A stretch of 64,000 bases of DNA from the NCBI GenBank assembly GCA_027028245.1, contig JALVJO010000021.1:7639-71638 (forward strand). Direction: 5' to 3'. Under the pieces are notes generated by a model. That model was not told the origin of the DNA. It ran no database searches and saw only the letters and a list, made by a program, of their open reading frames with translations. The number at the start of each line of letters is the position of its first letter. Positions within the stretch are counted from its first letter, which is position 1. Positions 35,972 to 45,323 of this stretch are shown in pieces. A program made the translations under genes and the position numbers. This DNA is from Deltaproteobacteria bacterium. GTDB lineage: Bacteria; Desulfobacterota; Dissulfuribacteria; Dissulfuribacterales; QOAL01.

Positions 35972-36421
35972 CTAACCGGGCTTTTTGTCCCTCAGCTTTT
36001 TCAGGTCAACCAATCTCGATCCTCCGCCCCTCGGCCTGTCATCAGGCGAATTATCGTCTTCAGGAGCAGGTTTGCGCACCCCGCCGAGACCCGCCTGGCC
36101 GAGAAGCTGGTTGACAAGGCCGATGTACTGGCTTCTGAGGGCCGAGGCTATGTCCCTTTCCAATACAAAATAGGCTACCCTACTCCTCTGGACCCTTATG
36201 GAAGAGGTTGTCATGGCGTTTATCACATGAGGATGGAGCATGACCCCCCTGTTCTGGTCAAAGCTGACTGTGCAGGGAAAATAGAGATCAAAAAAGGCCG
36301 ATTTTTCCAGAGCAAACAGTACGGTTTCTGTCTGCTTGTTATACCGAATTTCTCCTATAAGGAGTCCTGTGCCGGAAAGTTCCAGCAGCACCAGCTCCCT
36401 TGCATTCTGCCTGAGTTTCAT
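35972..36421 (-). CDS. Uncharacterised protein with basic/disordered C-terminal tail, translationally coupled to pcnB
   Basis: 149 aa. Its ATG overlaps the pcnB stop (ATGA). The C-terminus is Pro/Gly/Arg/Lys rich (GGVRKPAPEDDNSPDDRPRGGGSRLVDLKKLRDKKPG). No family recognised. Confidence 0.6.
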   Translation of the reverse strand: MKLRQNARELVLLELSGTGLLIGEIRYNKQTETVLFALEKSAFFDLYFPCTVSFDQNRGVMLHPHVINAMTTSSIRVQRSRVAYFVLERDIASALRSQYIGLVNQLLGQAGLGGVRKPAPEDDNSPDDRPRGGGSRLVDLKKLRDKKPG

Positions 36422-37860
36422 GAAGCTCTCCCCTCTGAATCCGGCTTGATATTTTTTCTGTGTCTCCTGGGCCCTCGTCTCTTTCCGTGCCCGGCCTTCT
36501 TTTTCGGACGTTTTTGTACCTCGTGCAGGTTTATTTCCTCTTTGTTCAGGGCGGCCTGCAGGCAGTTATATAGCTCCAGTGCCTCTGGAAAGGTGGCCTT
36601 GGAATAAACCCTTTTCTGCCACCTGTTTCTTCCTGCACAGAACTTCACGGGCCAGTGGCTGGAGATGAGTTGTGCCATTAGGTCCCTGTCTCCCCTCTTG
36701 AATTCATAGGGGACAAACATGGAATCAAGTATGCCCCTGACTTCGTAGGTGGGCCAGCGGACCTTGTCGGGCCTCAGTTCGTGCCAATCCGGCATGAAAT
36801 GAAGAAAGGGTAAGGCCAGGGCGGAAAGATAAAAGGCGTCACTGAACTGCCGGCCTTCCCTGGTCATCTGGTCGACCCTTGAAAGCACCTTTTGAACAAG
36901 CCCCTTGAGTGCTTCAGAGTCCGGTCCTGTCAGAAACGGCTTCAGAAAGGGAAACATCTCCTGGAAGAGGCCGCTATCTATCAGGTACCTGCTCCAGACG
37001 GCACTGAAACCGGACTTCAGGTCCTTCAGCCATTCATCCCTGACCCGCGGGACAGCACAGAGCTTTATCTTGCCTGCATGTCTGCAGACGGCATCCCATG
37101 TGGCGCCTTCTATGGAAAAACCGGTCCTTGCCGCATGCCTTATTGTTCGAAGCATCCTGACAGGATCTCTTATGAACCGCCTTTCAGGGTCGCCTATGGT
37201 CCTGATGATACCCTTTTTCAGGTCATCCATGCCTCCTACAAAATCTATTATGCCGAAATCTGCTATGTTGTAGAAAAGACCATTGATGGTAAGGTCTCTC
37301 CGGAATGCATCCTCACGGGGGGAACCGAATATGTTTTCTGCACCGAGACCTTCCCTTGCAGCCTCCCTGTCATCCAGTTCGATCTGTTTCCGAAAGGTGG
37401 AAACCTCTATAATCTTTCCCCCCTTGAAGTATACGTGAACCAGTCTGAATCTTTTGCCGATGATCCTGCTGTAGCGGAAAAGCCTGCGGATCTCCTCAGG
37501 CGTGGCATCCGTTCCTATGTCAAAATCCTTGGGGGTCTTGCCCAGCAGCAGGTCCCTGACGCTGCCTCCCACAAGGTAGGCCAGGTACCCGTGATCCTTC
37601 AGCCTGTAAAGCACCTTAAGGGCTTCCCTGTCTATGTTCTTCCTGCTTATGCAGTGCTGGGGGCGCTGGACAAGCCTGGGCTTGAGATCTACGTCTTCAA
37701 AGAGGCAGAGCTGGCCGTCTTCAGGGGTCCGGGGCACCTTTATGAAAAATCTGCCGCGTCTTCTCTTCTTCCTGGCTTTTCTTGCCGTGGCATTGCGGTT
37801 CTTTCTGGGAGGTGACATAAAGGATATAGGCTCAGGAAGATTTTTTGAAGGCCCTTGCAT
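36418..37860 (-). CDS. pcnB: Poly(A) polymerase I
   Basis: YLVGGSVRDLLLGKTPKDFDI and RRDLTINGLFY head-domain motifs, with a basic N-terminus. An alternative ATG at 37818 avoids overlap with the upstream gene. Confidence 0.9.
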   Translation of the reverse strand: MQGPSKNLPEPISFMSPPRKNRNATARKARKKRRRGRFFIKVPRTPEDGQLCLFEDVDLKPRLVQRPQHCISRKNIDREALKVLYRLKDHGYLAYLVGGSVRDLLLGKTPKDFDIGTDATPEEIRRLFRYSRIIGKRFRLVHVYFKGGKIIEVSTFRKQIELDDREAAREGLGAENIFGSPREDAFRRDLTINGLFYNIADFGIIDFVGGMDDLKKGIIRTIGDPERRFIRDPVRMLRTIRHAARTGFSIEGATWDAVCRHAGKIKLCAVPRVRDEWLKDLKSGFSAVWSRYLIDSGLFQEMFPFLKPFLTGPDSEALKGLVQKVLSRVDQMTREGRQFSDAFYLSALALPFLHFMPDWHELRPDKVRWPTYEVRGILDSMFVPYEFKRGDRDLMAQLISSHWPVKFCAGRNRWQKRVYSKATFPEALELYNCLQAALNKEEINLHEVQKRPKKKAGHGKRRGPRRHRKNIKPDSEGRAS

Positions 37861-39532
37861 CAATACCGTACTTCCTGATCTTGTAGTTGATGATTCTAAG
37901 GCTTGAATTGAGAATTTTTGCAGCTTTTGTCTGGTTTCCGCCTGTTTCAGAAAGGGCCTCCATTATCAACTCCTTTTCAAAACCTGCCACGGCGTCTGCA
38001 AAGGATTTCCGCCTGCCTGCTGGCTCACTGTCATCACCAAGAATCTGCAGGCTTGCCGGCAGATGGTGTATTCTGAGTACGTCTTCATCACAGATTATGC
38101 TTGCTCGTTCTATGTAATTTTGAAGCTCCCTGACATTCCCAGGCCAGTCGTACTGCATGAGGCAGTCCAGTGCAGTCTTGGAAAAACATTTTATGCGTTT
38201 TCCGTGTTCCTTGGAAAATTTTTCAAGGAAGTATTCGGCCAGCAGGATGATGTCTGTCTTCCTCTCCCTCAACGGCGGAAGATAAATGGGAAAGACATTA
38301 AGACGATAATACAGGTCTTCCCGGAATTCACCCCTTTCCATTGCATCTTCCAGATTCTTGTTGGTTGCTGCCACAATTCGGCAGTTGATCCTGATTGTAC
38401 GGGTGTCACCGACCCGTTGAAACTCCTTGTCCTGAATCACGCCGAGTAGTTTTACCTGAACGCTGTGCGGCAGGTCCCCTATCTCGTCCAGGAATATGGT
38501 ACCCTTGTTGGCCAGTTCAAAACGGCCCTTTTTCTGCTGAATTGCCCCGGTAAAGGCCCCCCTTGCATGGCCGAAAAGTTCACTTTCAATAAGGGTTTCC
38601 GGCAGGGTGGAACAGTTTACATTGACGAAGGGGCCCTTGGCTTGACGGCTGTTGAAATGTATAGCCCTGGCTACCAGGGATTTTCCTGTTCCGCTTTCGC
38701 CCCTGAGGAGCACTGTGGCATTGCTTTCTGCAACCCGGTGCACCATCTCGTATACTTCCTGCATCTGGCTGGAATTTCCAATAAGGCTTCCGACTCTGTA
38801 TTTTTCTGCAAGGGCCATCCTCAACTTTCTGTTTTCGCTGAGAAGGGACTGGCGCTCAGCATGGGCCTCCCGGAGACGGATTACCGACTGTGCAATAAGG
38901 CTGCTGATTATGGTAAGAAGCCTGAGGTCATCTTCCAGGGATACATCCGGTGCTGCGTAACGGTCTATGCTGAGGGCGCCTATGGTGCTGGAGCCGTGAT
39001 TTATGGGCACGCATATGAAGGAAACCCGGCGGTCCTCCCGGGCAATGGCCCTGGTCCTCGTCCGGTTCAGGAATCTCGGATCCTTGGTAATGTTAGGGAT
39101 GACGATGGGCTGGCCGCTCTCAACCACCCGCCCGGTGATGCCTTCTCCCAGCTTGTAATGTCCTCTTCTTTTGGCTTCGGCGCTAAGCCCATGGGCCACC
39201 TCTATCTGAAGCTCGGAAGAACCCGGCTTCAGAAGCGTGACCGTGCCCCGTACCATGCCGAGATGTTCGGCCATGATTTCCAAAACCCTGTCAAGGGCAG
39301 TCTTCAGCTTGAGGCTGCTGGAAAGTGCCCTGGTCACCTCGTAGAGGCATGAAAGCTCGGTTATCTGCCGGCTTTCAGACAGATTACCGGCCATGAAATA
39401 TTTTGTTTGCCGTGCCTGGGGTTCTTTTTTCATGATCCAAGAAGACGCTCTTCCCGCGTTGCCGGGCAGATTTACAGATATATTACAATTTTGCAATATT
39501 TTTTCGAACCATGTATCCTTTAATGGAACCAT
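37832..39532 (-). CDS. Sigma54-dependent transcriptional activator with N-terminal GAF domain (NifA-like)
   Basis: AAA+ sigma54-interaction motifs GESGTGKS and GAFTGA, plus ESELFGH. C-terminal HTH ([26 protein letters not shown]). Alternative starts are at 39433 and 39394. Confidence 0.9.
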   Translation of the reverse strand: MVPLKDTWFEKILQNCNISVNLPGNAGRASSWIMKKEPQARQTKYFMAGNLSESRQITELSCLYEVTRALSSSLKLKTALDRVLEIMAEHLGMVRGTVTLLKPGSSELQIEVAHGLSAEAKRRGHYKLGEGITGRVVESGQPIVIPNITKDPRFLNRTRTRAIAREDRRVSFICVPINHGSSTIGALSIDRYAAPDVSLEDDLRLLTIISSLIAQSVIRLREAHAERQSLLSENRKLRMALAEKYRVGSLIGNSSQMQEVYEMVHRVAESNATVLLRGESGTGKSLVARAIHFNSRQAKGPFVNVNCSTLPETLIESELFGHARGAFTGAIQQKKGRFELANKGTIFLDEIGDLPHSVQVKLLGVIQDKEFQRVGDTRTIRINCRIVAATNKNLEDAMERGEFREDLYYRLNVFPIYLPPLRERKTDIILLAEYFLEKFSKEHGKRIKCFSKTALDCLMQYDWPGNVRELQNYIERASIICDEDVLRIHHLPASLQILGDDSEPAGRRKSFADAVAGFEKELIMEALSETGGNQTKAAKILNSSLRIINYKIRKYGIDARAFKKSS

Positions 39533-39660
39533 CAGCCCCGCAGATGCAGCAAGTTCCTGCCGAGCCTTTCAAGGCATTTGAAGTTGAGGTACAATAGCAA
39601 TTACTGGCTTAAAAATGACGCATTCGGGTTTTCCCGGCATATTGTCGTTATATCCCTCGT

Positions 39661-40695
39661 ATGACACAGAGAAAGGAGAAGATCATGGAAAACACCGGCA
39701 TAACTGTTACTGAACATCTCCTGTTGCACCAGAAACAAAGCCCCATGGCCACGGGGCAGTTCACCAGGCTCCTCACGGAGCTTATATTCGCTGCCAAGAT
39801 CATTTCCCGGGAGGTAAACAAGGCGGGCCTTGTGGATATTCTGGGCCTTACCGGTGAAATCAATGTCCAGGGAGAACAGGTAAGGAAACTGGACGATTTC
39901 GCCAACCGGGTCCTGATTTACAGGATGCAGCAGGCTGGCATTCTCTGCGCCATGGCTTCGGAGGAAAATGCAGACATCATCGAGGTCCCGGATGACCGTC
40001 CCAAGGGTGACTACCTCCTGGTGTTCGACCCCCTTGACGGTTCCTCGAACATTGATGTCAATGTCAATATCGGCACCATATTTTCCATAAGAAAGAAGAC
40101 CAGTGACAGGAATTATGTCACCCTGGAGGATTTTCTGCAGGAGGGCTCTACCCAGGTGGCTGCAGGATATTTCATTTACGGCCCCAGCACCATACTGGTC
40201 TACACCACCGGTCAGGGGGTTGACGGTTTCACCCTCGATCCTTCAGTGGGAGAATTCCTGCTGTCGCATCCTTCCATCAAGATCCCTGAAACCGGAAAGG
40301 TGTATTCTGTCAACGAGGCATATACCTCCTACTGGGATGATAAGGTAAAGGCCACTGTAAATTACTTCAAAAGCCCGGAGAATGAACGTGGAAAGCCCTA
40401 TACGGCAAGGTACATAGGCAGCCTGGTTGCAGACTTCCACCGCAATCTCTTCTACGGCGGTATCTTCATGTATCCTGCAGACAAAAAGGATCCGGCCAAG
40501 CCCCACGGCAAGCTCCGCCTCCTTTGCGAGGCAGCCCCCCTTGCCTTTGTTGTGGAGCAGGCGGGAGGAGCAGCCACGGACGGAAGCCGAAGGATCCTGG
40601 ACATTAAGCCCACTGCCCTACACCAGAGGGTGCCCCTTTTCATAGGGAGCAAAAAGGATGTCGAAAAGGCCACGCAGTTGATGTCCGGCGTCTGA
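39661..40695 (+). CDS. fbp: Fructose-1,6-bisphosphatase class 1
   Basis: [35 protein letters not shown] and [14 protein letters not shown] motifs. Confidence 0.94.
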   Translation: MTQRKEKIMENTGITVTEHLLLHQKQSPMATGQFTRLLTELIFAAKIISREVNKAGLVDILGLTGEINVQGEQVRKLDDFANRVLIYRMQQAGILCAMASEENADIIEVPDDRPKGDYLLVFDPLDGSSNIDVNVNIGTIFSIRKKTSDRNYVTLEDFLQEGSTQVAAGYFIYGPSTILVYTTGQGVDGFTLDPSVGEFLLSHPSIKIPETGKVYSVNEAYTSYWDDKVKATVNYFKSPENERGKPYTARYIGSLVADFHRNLFYGGIFMYPADKKDPAKPHGKLRLLCEAAPLAFVVEQAGGAATDGSRRILDIKPTALHQRVPLFIGSKKDVEKATQLMSGV

Positions 40696-40856
40696 ATAAC
40701 AGGCGGGAATCTATCCGGCTTTAAAAACAGGTCTTTTCCATATCTTCACGCTCAAGGGAAGGGCCTTGAATTTTTCCAGTGAGTGATAATATTCCTGGAA
40801 GCAGAGCAGCGTAGAAAGATCTTATTTTAAAAAAACAAGGAGAACAAGGACTTACC

Positions 40857-41717
40857 ATGAATAATGTCTTAAAAACCTTTATATTTCTTGCAGGACTTAC
40901 GGCCCTTTTCATGGTTGCCGGCAGGATCCTGGGTGGGCAGAGCGGGATGATGTTTGCCCTGGTCATTGCAGCGGTAATGAATCTTGGAGCTTACTGGTTC
41001 AGCGACAAGCTTGCCCTCAAGATGAGCGGGGCAATACCTGTCAGCGAACAGGAAGCACCCCAGCTCCACAGTATTGTCGCCGGTCTTGCCCAGAGGGCAG
41101 GAATTCCAAAGCCCAGGGTCTACATCATACCCAAGGAGACCCCTAATGCCTTTGCCACTGGGAGAAACCCCAGCCATGCGGCGGTTGCCGTAACCGAGGG
41201 CATTCTGAAGATCCTGACCAGGGAAGAACTCGAAGGCGTTCTGGCCCATGAACTTGCCCACATAAAAAACAGGGATATCCTCATCAGCTCCATTGCCGCA
41301 GTCATGGCAGGGGCCATCAGCTACCTTGCAAGCATGGCGCAGTGGGCCATGATATTCGGAGGATTCGGCAGCTCAGATGACGACGAAGGCGGAAGCGGCA
41401 TCGGGGCTATAGTAATGATGATCCTGGCACCAATAGCCGCCATGCTCATCCAGATGGCCATTTCCAGAAGCCGGGAGTTTCTTGCAGATGCCACGGGCGC
41501 AAAGATCTGCAGCTGCCCCGGCCAGCTTGCCAGTGCCCTTCAGAAATTGGAGGACTGGAATCACAGGATACCCATGGAGGTAAATCCGGCCACTGCCCAG
41601 ATGTATATTGTAAACCCCTTGACAGCTTCTGCCGTGGCCAAGCTCTTCAGCACGCATCCGCCCACACAGGAAAGGATACAGCGCCTCATGGAAATGGCCG
41701 GCCGCGGCACTGGCTGA
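40857..41717 (+). CDS. htpX: Zinc metalloprotease HtpX
   Basis: [10 protein letters not shown] zinc motif. 4-TM layout with C-terminal STHPP..ERI. Confidence 0.93.
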   Translation: MNNVLKTFIFLAGLTALFMVAGRILGGQSGMMFALVIAAVMNLGAYWFSDKLALKMSGAIPVSEQEAPQLHSIVAGLAQRAGIPKPRVYIIPKETPNAFATGRNPSHAAVAVTEGILKILTREELEGVLAHELAHIKNRDILISSIAAVMAGAISYLASMAQWAMIFGGFGSSDDDEGGSGIGAIVMMILAPIAAMLIQMAISRSREFLADATGAKICSCPGQLASALQKLEDWNHRIPMEVNPATAQMYIVNPLTASAVAKLFSTHPPTQERIQRLMEMAGRGTG

Positions 41718-41743
41718 TGCTGCCTGCGAACTGACCAGAATCA

Positions 41744-43549
41744 GTGGATATAGTCCTTATCTCGCCTCCGTGGCCCCTTTTCAACAGGCCTTCCGTGCAG
41801 GTCGGCGCACTAAAGTCATTCCTGAAATCAAGGGAGCCCGGCCTGCAGATAAGGACATATCATCCCTACCTCCGGCTTGCTTCTGAAATCGGATTTGATG
41901 AATATCTGAAGATCAGCCAGTCAAGCTGGGCTGCAGAATCCGTTTTTGCAGCCCTTCTCTTTCCAGGCCGGAAGGGTCCGGAAGAGCTTTTTAAAAAAGC
42001 CGCTGCAGGCAGATTTGGCAGGGGACAAGCTGTTCCCGACTTCAAAAAGATTACGGCCTGTGCCGAACAAACGGTGGAAGCATTCTTGGAAAGGCTGCCT
42101 GATGTGCGTCTTGCCGGCCTGAGCCTTTGCCTGAATCAGCTTACAGCAGGACTTTATATTGCTAAAAGACTGAAGCAGCGCCTGCCAGAAACGGCCGTAG
42201 TCGTTGGAGGGGCAAGCTGTTCGGGCATTCTGGGCAAAGGCCTTTTGGATGCCTTTTCCTTTATAGATTATGCCGTTACAGGCGAGGGGGAGTTGCCTCT
42301 TTTGGATCTTTGGCATTTTCTGTCCGGCAAAAAGGAGGAGATCACCTCTCGTGCTGTTTACTGGAGGGGAAGGGAAGGTGCCGTCAGAAAAGAACAGGTC
42401 TCTGATATCAGCAGTCTGCCTCTGCCTGATTTTGACGATTATTTTTCAGAAATCAGCCGTCTTGGTTCAAGGGCTTCTGGTATAGTGCCCCTTCTCCCCA
42501 TTGAGGCCTCAAGGGGCTGCTGGTGGTCTAGGTGCAATTTCTGCAACTTGAACCTCCAGTGGAAGGGATACAGGGCCAAGTCCCCGGAAAAGATTGCCCG
42601 GGAAATTGATTACCTATCACAAAGATACATGGTCCTGGATTTCGCCTTCATGGACAACTGTCTCCCTCCCAGGCAGGCACCGGTAATCTTCGAACTGACC
42701 AGGAGGCACAAGAGGGATTATTCCTTTTTTGCCGAACTCAGGACAGGACATTCCAGACAGGACCTTGCAGTAATGGCTTCAGGGGGGCTCAAGGATGTGC
42801 AGGTAGGGATAGAGGCCCTCAGTACCAGCCTGCTTGCCAGGCTGGGGAAGGGGACTTCGGCCATGAACAATCTTGCGGTCATGCGCCACTGCACCGAGCT
42901 GGGCATAAACCTTCAGGCAAATTTGATTCTGCACTTTCCAGGAAGTTCCGATGAAGAAATAAGACAAACCATGGAAAATCTGGATTTTGCCTGGCCCTTT
43001 GCCTCTCTTAAAACCGTCTCCTTCTGGATGGGCATGGAAAGCCCAGTGTGCAGGCACCCGGCCCGATTCGGTATAAAGGCCAAGGGACCTCACAGGTTTT
43101 ATTCACTCCTTTTTCCGCACTCCACGGCTGACAAGCTGGAAGCCCTGATCCTGGAGTACCGGGGAGACAGGAAGAAACAGCGCCGGATGTGGAAAAAGGT
43201 TGAAAAAAAGGTGAAAGAAATGAAAAGAGCCAAGGCGGCCCTTTCTGACACCCAAGGGCTGCTGACTTACCGTGACGGTAGGCAGTTTCTCATTATACGC
43301 CAGGTCCTGCCTGACGGCACAATATTGAGGCATCGCCTTACAGGGCCTTCACGCAGCCTCTACCTTGCCTGCCTGGAACCAGTGAGCCTGGATTACCTGG
43401 CTGAAACAGCTGAGGGGCTGCCCAGGGAAAAGATCGCTGCCTTTGTTGATGATCTGCATGCAAAGAGGCTGATGTTCAGAGAAGGGGAAAGGGTCATCTC
43501 CCTTGCAATAAGAGAAAATAAATACGCTCCGATAGATGGAAAGCAATAG
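41744..43549 (+). CDS. Class-B (B12-binding-domain type) radical SAM enzyme, RiPP-maturase-like (TIGR03975-like, tentative)
   Basis: 601 aa. N-terminal Rossmann-like IVLISPPW...VVVGG. Cluster region EASRGCWWSRCNFCNL. GTG start 26 nt after htpX. Confidence 0.7.
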   Translation: MDIVLISPPWPLFNRPSVQVGALKSFLKSREPGLQIRTYHPYLRLASEIGFDEYLKISQSSWAAESVFAALLFPGRKGPEELFKKAAAGRFGRGQAVPDFKKITACAEQTVEAFLERLPDVRLAGLSLCLNQLTAGLYIAKRLKQRLPETAVVVGGASCSGILGKGLLDAFSFIDYAVTGEGELPLLDLWHFLSGKKEEITSRAVYWRGREGAVRKEQVSDISSLPLPDFDDYFSEISRLGSRASGIVPLLPIEASRGCWWSRCNFCNLNLQWKGYRAKSPEKIAREIDYLSQRYMVLDFAFMDNCLPPRQAPVIFELTRRHKRDYSFFAELRTGHSRQDLAVMASGGLKDVQVGIEALSTSLLARLGKGTSAMNNLAVMRHCTELGINLQANLILHFPGSSDEEIRQTMENLDFAWPFASLKTVSFWMGMESPVCRHPARFGIKAKGPHRFYSLLFPHSTADKLEALILEYRGDRKKQRRMWKKVEKKVKEMKRAKAALSDTQGLLTYRDGRQFLIIRQVLPDGTILRHRLTGPSRSLYLACLEPVSLDYLAETAEGLPREKIAAFVDDLHAKRLMFREGERVISLAIRENKYAPIDGKQ

Positions 43550-44404
43550 ATGGATACCTGCTGGCTCAAGGAAAAGAGGGATCTTTTTATTAAGAATGCG
43601 GCAAAGGACTTTCTTGACGCGTACTCCTTTTTCATGGATCTAAAGGAACAAACAGCCAAGTACGGGGTCAGGTACGAAGGCTTTGATTTCTGGGTGGGCA
43701 CTGAACAGGCCAAGGGCAAGCTATGGCAGCTAAAGGACCTCTGCCACATGCTATGGGGAGACAGCGACCCTGCGGAGGATAATCACGGCTTTATGCTGGA
43801 CTGGATGACCGGGGCCATCTTCCACGAGGCCATGAAATTAAAAGAAAATGCCTACATGCTGAAACGCTACCGGGAGTCATATCCCCTGGGAGAAATGGCA
43901 CCTCTTAAGACCAACGGCAATGGCCAGGGCCCAGGCATAGAGTTTTTTGAGGAAACCGCCCATGAAATAAAAAAGGCGATTAAGAGGATAGAGTTCCTTT
44001 TTAAACATGCGGAGAGATATCTCATCGCCGTTATCAAAGACGAGGGAAGAAATGCGCTGCTGGTCCGCTATCTGCTGGAAGCAATTGTTTCTCCGGAAGA
44101 ACACTGGGCAGGAGATAGCGGGCCCATGAAACTTCTGAACGAGCTTTTCCCCCACGGCCTCGACGAGGCATACTGCCTTGCAGGAGAAAGCTACCTGGAA
44201 GGAAGCTGGTTCCAGGAGGCGAGAAATGCCTTCCTGACGGCCCTTGAACTCAATCCCGAATGTATGGAGGCGATATCGGGCCTGGCATTACTTGAAAGAC
44301 GCATAAAAGAGATGGCGGCCCTTCTTGAAAGGGAATTCGAAATACAAGCCAAAAACGGGAGTTCCCGAGGTCTGAAAAAGAGAAGCTCATCAGGCCAGGA
44401 CTGA
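43550..44404 (+). CDS. Uncharacterised soluble protein with C-terminal TPR-like helix pair, coupled to the radical SAM gene
   Basis: Its ATG directly abuts the radical SAM TAG (TAGATG). 284 aa, no TM segment and no recognised family. Confidence 0.6.
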   Translation: MDTCWLKEKRDLFIKNAAKDFLDAYSFFMDLKEQTAKYGVRYEGFDFWVGTEQAKGKLWQLKDLCHMLWGDSDPAEDNHGFMLDWMTGAIFHEAMKLKENAYMLKRYRESYPLGEMAPLKTNGNGQGPGIEFFEETAHEIKKAIKRIEFLFKHAERYLIAVIKDEGRNALLVRYLLEAIVSPEEHWAGDSGPMKLLNELFPHGLDEAYCLAGESYLEGSWFQEARNAFLTALELNPECMEAISGLALLERRIKEMAALLEREFEIQAKNGSSRGLKKRSSSGQD

Positions 44405-45043
44405 ATGAGATGCTATGATGGACCTGGCCAGTTCCTTGAGCTTTATGCCCTGTCTCCTGCTTTCCTTCTGCATCATCCTCATGGCCGATTCCTCATCCAC
44501 GGAAAGATGCTTCATCAGGATGCCCTTGGCCTTTTCAATAAGCTTCCTGGCCTCGAGTTCTTCGGAAAGGTTCTCAACCACGCCTTCCAGGGCATTGATG
44601 GTCTGGGCAATGGATTGAGCCATCTCTATGGCAGGTATCAGGTCATCCAGATGAACAGGTTTTACCAGATATCCCAGTATTCCCCGTCCTTTTGCCTTTT
44701 CCACCAGGTACTTTTCAGCGTATGCAGTAACAATAATGATGGGAATGAAAACACCAGGATGGCCGTTAATGGCCTTGGCCGCTTCCAGGCCGTCCAGGAG
44801 CGGCATCTTGATATCCATCAGGATCATGTTGGGATTGAGCTCGGCGGTCTTTTCCACTGCCTCGATGCCGTTGTAGGCAACACCCACCACGTTATATCCG
44901 GCCTCTTGGAGTATGCTTCTGAAGCCGTCTGCAACAGCCCTGTCATCATCGGCAAGAAGTATGCGGAGAGAATTGTTGCTTCCCAGCTTTCGTTCTGCCC
45001 CCTTTGCCTTCCCAGATTCACAGGCCGTCATGCGGTGTCCCAT
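44390..45043 (-). CDS. ANTAR-domain response regulator (receiver + RNA-binding antiterminator domain)
   Basis: Receiver ILLADDD...ILMDIKMPLLDG. ANTAR EARKLIEKAKGILMKHLSVDEESAMRMMQKESRRQGIKLKELA. The first ATG is at 45043; the track's TTG is at 45052. Confidence 0.88.
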   Translation of the reverse strand: MGHRMTACESGKAKGAERKLGSNNSLRILLADDDRAVADGFRSILQEAGYNVVGVAYNGIEAVEKTAELNPNMILMDIKMPLLDGLEAAKAINGHPGVFIPIIIVTAYAEKYLVEKAKGRGILGYLVKPVHLDDLIPAIEMAQSIAQTINALEGVVENLSEELEARKLIEKAKGILMKHLSVDEESAMRMMQKESRRQGIKLKELARSIIASHSVLA

Positions 45044-45050
45044 ATTAAGC

Positions 45051-45086
45051 AAATAATAAAATGGCGAGACTGCAATTGGTCTCGCC
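45051..45086 (-). terminator. Rho-independent terminator downstream of tRNA-Gln
   Basis: On the minus strand: GGCGAGAC, 8 nt loop, GTCTCGCC, then ATTTTATTATTT. Confidence 0.75.
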
Positions 45087-45103
45087 TTGTCTTATTCAAG
45101 AAC

Positions 45104-45177
45104 TGGCTGGGGGACTAGGATTCGAACCTAGACTAGCAGATCCAGAGTCTGCGGTCCTGCCGTTAGACGATCCCCCA
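45104..45177 (-). tRNA. tRNA-Gln (anticodon CTG)
   Basis: Reverse complement folds as a cloverleaf: acceptor TGGGGGA/TCCCCCA, anticodon arm GCAGA-CTCTGGA-TCTGC, T-arm TAGGTTCGAATCCTA, discriminator G and encoded CCA. Confidence 0.93.
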
Positions 45178-45190
45178 GCATTAGCAGACA

Positions 45191-45219
45191 AATATAGATG
45201 CGCTCTCATTTCTTGTCAA
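45191..45219 (-). promoter_or_regulatory. Near-consensus sigma70 promoter of tRNA-Gln
   Basis: On the minus strand: TTGACA (45219-45214), 17 nt spacer, TATATT (45196-45191). It ends 13 nt upstream of the mature tRNA 5' end. Confidence 0.75.
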
Positions 45220-45323
45220 GATGAAGCAGTTTCAAAATTCATCCTGGAAACTGGCAGTTTTCCTTCATTTTTATTCATGTAAGCTGACGCCGCTTGCCCT
45301 GATTCAGTAATTCAGGAGATGAA

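Noticed and set aside
36892-39352. Long antisense ORFs opposite real genes. Examples are 36892..37815(+), 38465..39352(+), 928..1650(-), 18280..18954(-), 44405..45118(+), 47175..47891(+), 49921..50550(+) and 62351..63139(-).
   Set aside because: Each lies entirely within a strongly recognisable gene on the other strand. Their composition is low-complexity and Arg/Pro/Gly/Ser-rich, with no motifs and no RBS. They are typical shadow ORFs.
45051-45086. The tRNA-Gln terminator as a canonical ANTAR target.
   Set aside because: ANTAR targets are two tandem small hairpins with hexaloops (A at position 1, G at position 4), the second overlapping a terminator. Here there is a single hairpin with an 8 nt loop.
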